Shown one piece after another: positions 60,695 to 64,000 of a DNA stretch of 64,000 bases. Positions within the stretch are counted from its first letter, which is position 1. Each line of letters opens with the position of its first letter. Origin of the DNA: Rhodospirillaceae bacterium (GTDB lineage: Bacteria > Pseudomonadota > Alphaproteobacteria > UBA7985); the NCBI GenBank assembly GCA_038141425.1, contig JAYQIC010000009.1:51775-115774 (forward strand), read 5' to 3'. The position numbers were made by a program, and so were the translations under genes. The notes beneath the pieces were generated by a model that worked only from the letters and a program-made list of their open reading frames with translations, was not told the origin of the DNA and did not search any database.

Positions 60695-61694
60695 GTGCAC
60701 TCTGGTTCAAGAATTTGTGGCTGGGGCCAAGCCTTACCTCGAAGGAAGCTGGCCTCGGGTCTTCTGGAAAGTCAGCATGGGCTGCCCGCTGGCTCGCTTG
60801 TGGCATCCACCGGCGTTGAAACCCGCTACATCGCCAACCGAAGAGAGGATGAAACGCAGGTTGCACTCGGACTTCGGGCTGGTCAGGCAGCCCTGGCATC
60901 GGCCAGCTTGCCCTCGTCATCGGTTGATTTGATAATTGCAGCCGCAGCTGTACCCCAGCAATTGATACCTGGCACTGCTGCACTCTTTCATCGGGGGCTT
61001 GGTCTACCCGACGGCAGCTGCCGTACGATGGACGTAAACACAACTTGCCTCAGTGCCCTGTCGGCGCTCGAACTGGCCGACAGTTACATCCGGACAGGAC
61101 AGGCAAGTCGGGTCCTGATTATCAGCAGTGAGATTGCGAGTGCCGCCTTGCCCTGGAAAACCGCGCCGAAGGTTGCCGCCCTGTTTGGGGACGGAGCCGG
61201 GGCGTGGCTTATCGAAGGGGCAGATCAGCAGGGCATCCTCGGTTCGTCCTTTGCCAGCTTCCCTTCGGCTTTCGAGGCGTGCCAGATACCAGTTGGCGGG
61301 ACGGCCAATACCCCGCACGATGATATTGATTTCTTTATGCAGCATGCATTTTTTGCAATGGATGGTGAGGCGCTGTACCGTTTGGTCCGGTCAGAGTTCG
61401 AAGGGTTTCTTTTTTGCGTTCCTCGAACAAATTGACTGGTCTCTGGATGATGTTGACTTCTTTGTTCCGCATCAGACCAGCCCAGTTAGTCTAGTGCATA
61501 TGGCCAGAGCATTCAGGGTGCGCCGCGAGCGATACATTGATCTGACGCGCAGTCACGGCAATCAGATTGCGGCTTCACTGCCCATTGCCTTCGCCGAAGC
61601 CCGCACAAGGGGGCAGATCAGCGATGGCTCTCGGGTCTTGCTGCTGGGAACCTCAGCGGGGGTGCAGTTTGGCGCTGCGGCATTGATCGCCTGA
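60695..61694 (+). CDS. 3-oxoacyl-ACP synthase III (FabH-like) family protein (frameshift in the T run near 61,410)
   Basis: TGVETRY; catalytic triad DVNTTCLS, VPHQTS, HGNQIAAS; FGDGAGA; GTSAG. Confidence 0.88.
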
Positions 61695-62695
61695 TGCGGG
61701 TCCTCGTTACCGGTGGGACTGGCTTTCTCGGCGGACGTTGTCTGCAGGCTTTGGCGGCATCAGGCCGGTTCGACGCATCTGCGACAGGACGCCGTCTTTC
61801 GAGCGCGCCTGCAGGCTTCGACTTCATCGCTGCCGACCTCAGTGAGCCAGGGGCACTTGCGCGGCTTCCCGCCGTCGATGCAGTGGTCCACACGGCGGCC
61901 CTGTCATCACCTTGGGGCCGCGCGCGGGATTTTGACCAGGCAAACGTTGCTGCGACGCGCAACCTGCTTGAATGGGCGGAGCAGGCAGGTGTGCAGCGCC
62001 TGATTCATATCTCGACTCCCGCGCTGTACTTTGCTCCCTTCGACCGTTTTGATGTCGGGGAGGAGGAGGTCTTGCCGGGCAAGCCCATCAACGACTATGC
62101 CCGGACTAAGGCACAAGCGGAAAGTCTCGTGCTCCAGTCGCCACTCAGTACGGCCATCCTGAGGCCCAGAGCTATTTACGGACCGGGCGACACGGCACTT
62201 TTACCCCGGCTCAAGGCCGCGTTGCGACGCGGCTGGCTGCCACTCATGCGTGACGGGCAGGCCGTGACAAACCTGACCCATGTTGATGACGTATGCGATG
62301 CCATTGTTGCTGCTCTGGAAAGTTCGGCAAAGGGGGTCTTCAATATTGCAGGGGGTGAGGCGATCCCGCTGAACTGGCTGGTCAACGAAATTGCCCGAGC
62401 AAACAGCTTGGCATTCCGCTGGCGGCCCGTTCCTCTGTCTATAGCCATGCTCGCTGCGCGCGGCATAGAAGCCGTCTTCACTGGTTTGAGACTGCCAAGT
62501 GAGCCGCGGCTCACCCGCTACAGCCTGGGCATCTTAGCCTATAGTCTGACACTGAATACCAAGCGGGCCCAGGAGGTCTTAGGCTGGCGACCCCGAATTC
62601 CAATAGCCGATGGTTTCGAGGCGATCTTTGGCGTGCGCCCTGAGGCTTTACCCACACACGGGCGCGATGACTATGGCAAAGAGCAGGCCTCATGA
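61694..62695 (+). CDS. Extended SDR, 3-beta-HSD/NAD-dependent epimerase-like
   Basis: VTGGTGFLG, HTAALSSPWG, HISTPALY, YARTK, LRPRAIYGPGD. Confidence 0.88.
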   Translation: MRVLVTGGTGFLGGRCLQALAASGRFDASATGRRLSSAPAGFDFIAADLSEPGALARLPAVDAVVHTAALSSPWGRARDFDQANVAATRNLLEWAEQAGVQRLIHISTPALYFAPFDRFDVGEEEVLPGKPINDYARTKAQAESLVLQSPLSTAILRPRAIYGPGDTALLPRLKAALRRGWLPLMRDGQAVTNLTHVDDVCDAIVAALESSAKGVFNIAGGEAIPLNWLVNEIARANSLAFRWRPVPLSIAMLAARGIEAVFTGLRLPSEPRLTRYSLGILAYSLTLNTKRAQEVLGWRPRIPIADGFEAIFGVRPEALPTHGRDDYGKEQAS

Positions 62696-63569
62696 AATTC
62701 GAATTTTATAACAGCGCAACAATCAAGGCGCCCGGCGCTTTTGTCGGGGCAGGGCCTGACTGGTCGCCGGTCACACTCAAGGTGCGCTGGGCTTTCCTCG
62801 ATCACCCGACGTTCGGACCGACCCTGGTCGATACTGGTTATGGCCCGTCGACCTATCCATCGCTGGCATCGGGTGGTTCTTCACCGAGCGGCAATGGTTT
62901 ACCAACTCGTAGCATCGGGCTTCGACTGTATACGAGCCTGTTGCGGGCCAGACTACGACCCGAAGGACAGATTGACACCGTATTGGTCGACAAGGGTCTG
63001 ACCTCGAAGACATTCAATGCGTGATTGTCACCCACTTTCATGTCGATCATGTGAGCGAACTGCGCCGCTTTTCCAATGCGCGCATCCTCGCCAGCCGGCG
63101 TGGCTTCGACGCGGTTAGAAGGGCTGGCTGGCGGGCGTCCTTGCTTCACGGGACCTTTACTGAGCTTTTGCCACAGGATTTAGACCGGCGATTGGAGCCG
63201 ATTGAGGCCTTGCCGCCCATCAATCTGCCGGACGGGCTTGGTACCGGCTGGTCGCTGGTGCCAGAACTGGCCTCACTGGTGCCAATGAACGGTCATGCGA
63301 CGGGGCAAGTCGGAATTTATATCCATAGCGAACACTATCTCTACGCTGTGGATGCGCACTTTGTACTCGGTGCTCTTGATCGAGCCGCCGAGGGCTTGGA
63401 ACCGGGTCTGACCAAGCCAAAGGTTACGCTCTCCGGTCTGCCACGCCTCATAGCCGATGATATTGAAGCGGCGGAAACCACCATTGCGCGGCTTGCAGCC
63501 TTCAAGCAGGCCGGGGGCCGGGTCGGGCTCTGCCATGATCCTGATCGCGATCCGTTCGATGCCGGTTGA
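62692..63569 (+). CDS. Metallo-beta-lactamase-fold hydrolase (frameshift near 63,010)
   Basis: LVDTGY, THFHVDH (HxHxDH), GHATGQ, YAVDA, LCHDP. Confidence 0.88.
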
Positions 63570-64000
63570 AGCGGGAATGGCCGTCCTGGCGGCGTTTGTG
63601 CGGGCGCGTTGGCTGGCTGCGATCTTGCGCACGCGTGAGGATGTTTTGCGCCATCAGCGCAGACAAATGGCATCGTGGCGCGCCGCGCTTACCACCCACT
63701 TTCCTCACCTTAAGGCCGAGGATCTCGAAATGGACAAAGGGCAGCTGATGGCGAACTTCGCAACCTATAACCGTGATGGTATCAGCGCGCACACTGTTCG
63801 CAACGCGCTCGATCGAGGCGAGGCAGCCGAAGGGGGCCTGGCGCCCGGTTTGTACTGTGGTGTTTCGAGCGGGACGTCTGGCAACCGGGGGCTTTACATC
63901 ATCACAGAAGCCGAGCGCTACCGCTGGCTGGGTACTATCCTCGCCAAGGGGTTACCTGACGTTTGGCGGCGGCGGCATCGCGTCGCCGTGATCCTGCCAC
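63559..64000 (+). CDS. Putative adenylate-forming enzyme (F390-synthetase/PaaK-like), truncated by the window end; absent from the ORF track
   Basis: Open from ATG 63559 to the edge: MPVEAGMAVLAAF…MDKGQLMANFATYN…GVSSGTSGNRGLYI…RWLGTILAK. Confidence 0.8.
   Translation, partial: MPVEAGMAVLAAFVRARWLAAILRTREDVLRHQRRQMASWRAALTTHFPHLKAEDLEMDKGQLMANFATYNRDGISAHTVRNALDRGEAAEGGLAPGLYCGVSSGTSGNRGLYIITEAERYRWLGTILAKGLPDVWRRRHRVAVILP

Overview
High-GC chromosomal segment, most likely alphaproteobacterial (dnaE, dapC, TRAP and hpa gene styles). Many genes, including essential dnaE, are broken by single-base indels. This looks like long-read consensus error rather than decay, so genes are reported as reconstructed spans with approximate joins. 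Left to right: alpha-2-macroglobulin (intact CTEQ thioester)-pbpC-GNAT operon; fadD-pepP-dapC; a DUF6932-like nucleotidyltransferase-fold/small helical protein pair with a degenerate active site; two divergent exported proteins of unknown function; an SDR; two tandem paralogous acidic surface proteins of about 1,050-1,200 aa that share an upstream motif; an unannotated candidate sRNA of about 93 nt; a VIT1/CCC1 transporter; dnaE; a hexuronate-type catabolic locus (kdgK, uxuB-like, PhyH, 3x Gfo/Idh/MocA, uxuA, sugar ABC transporter); a 4-hydroxyphenylacetate/homoprotocatechuate (hpa) cluster with two HpaR paralogs, two palindromic operators and a divergent circularly permuted Tat-exported flavin amine oxidase; a TRAP transporter; TauE; and, running off the right end, a lower-GC cassette (GNAT-like, KAS III, extended SDR, metallo-beta-lactamase fold, adenylate-forming enzyme) of unknown product. 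No rRNA, tRNA, CRISPR, integrase or transposase was seen. All family assignments come from motif recognition by eye, not database searches.
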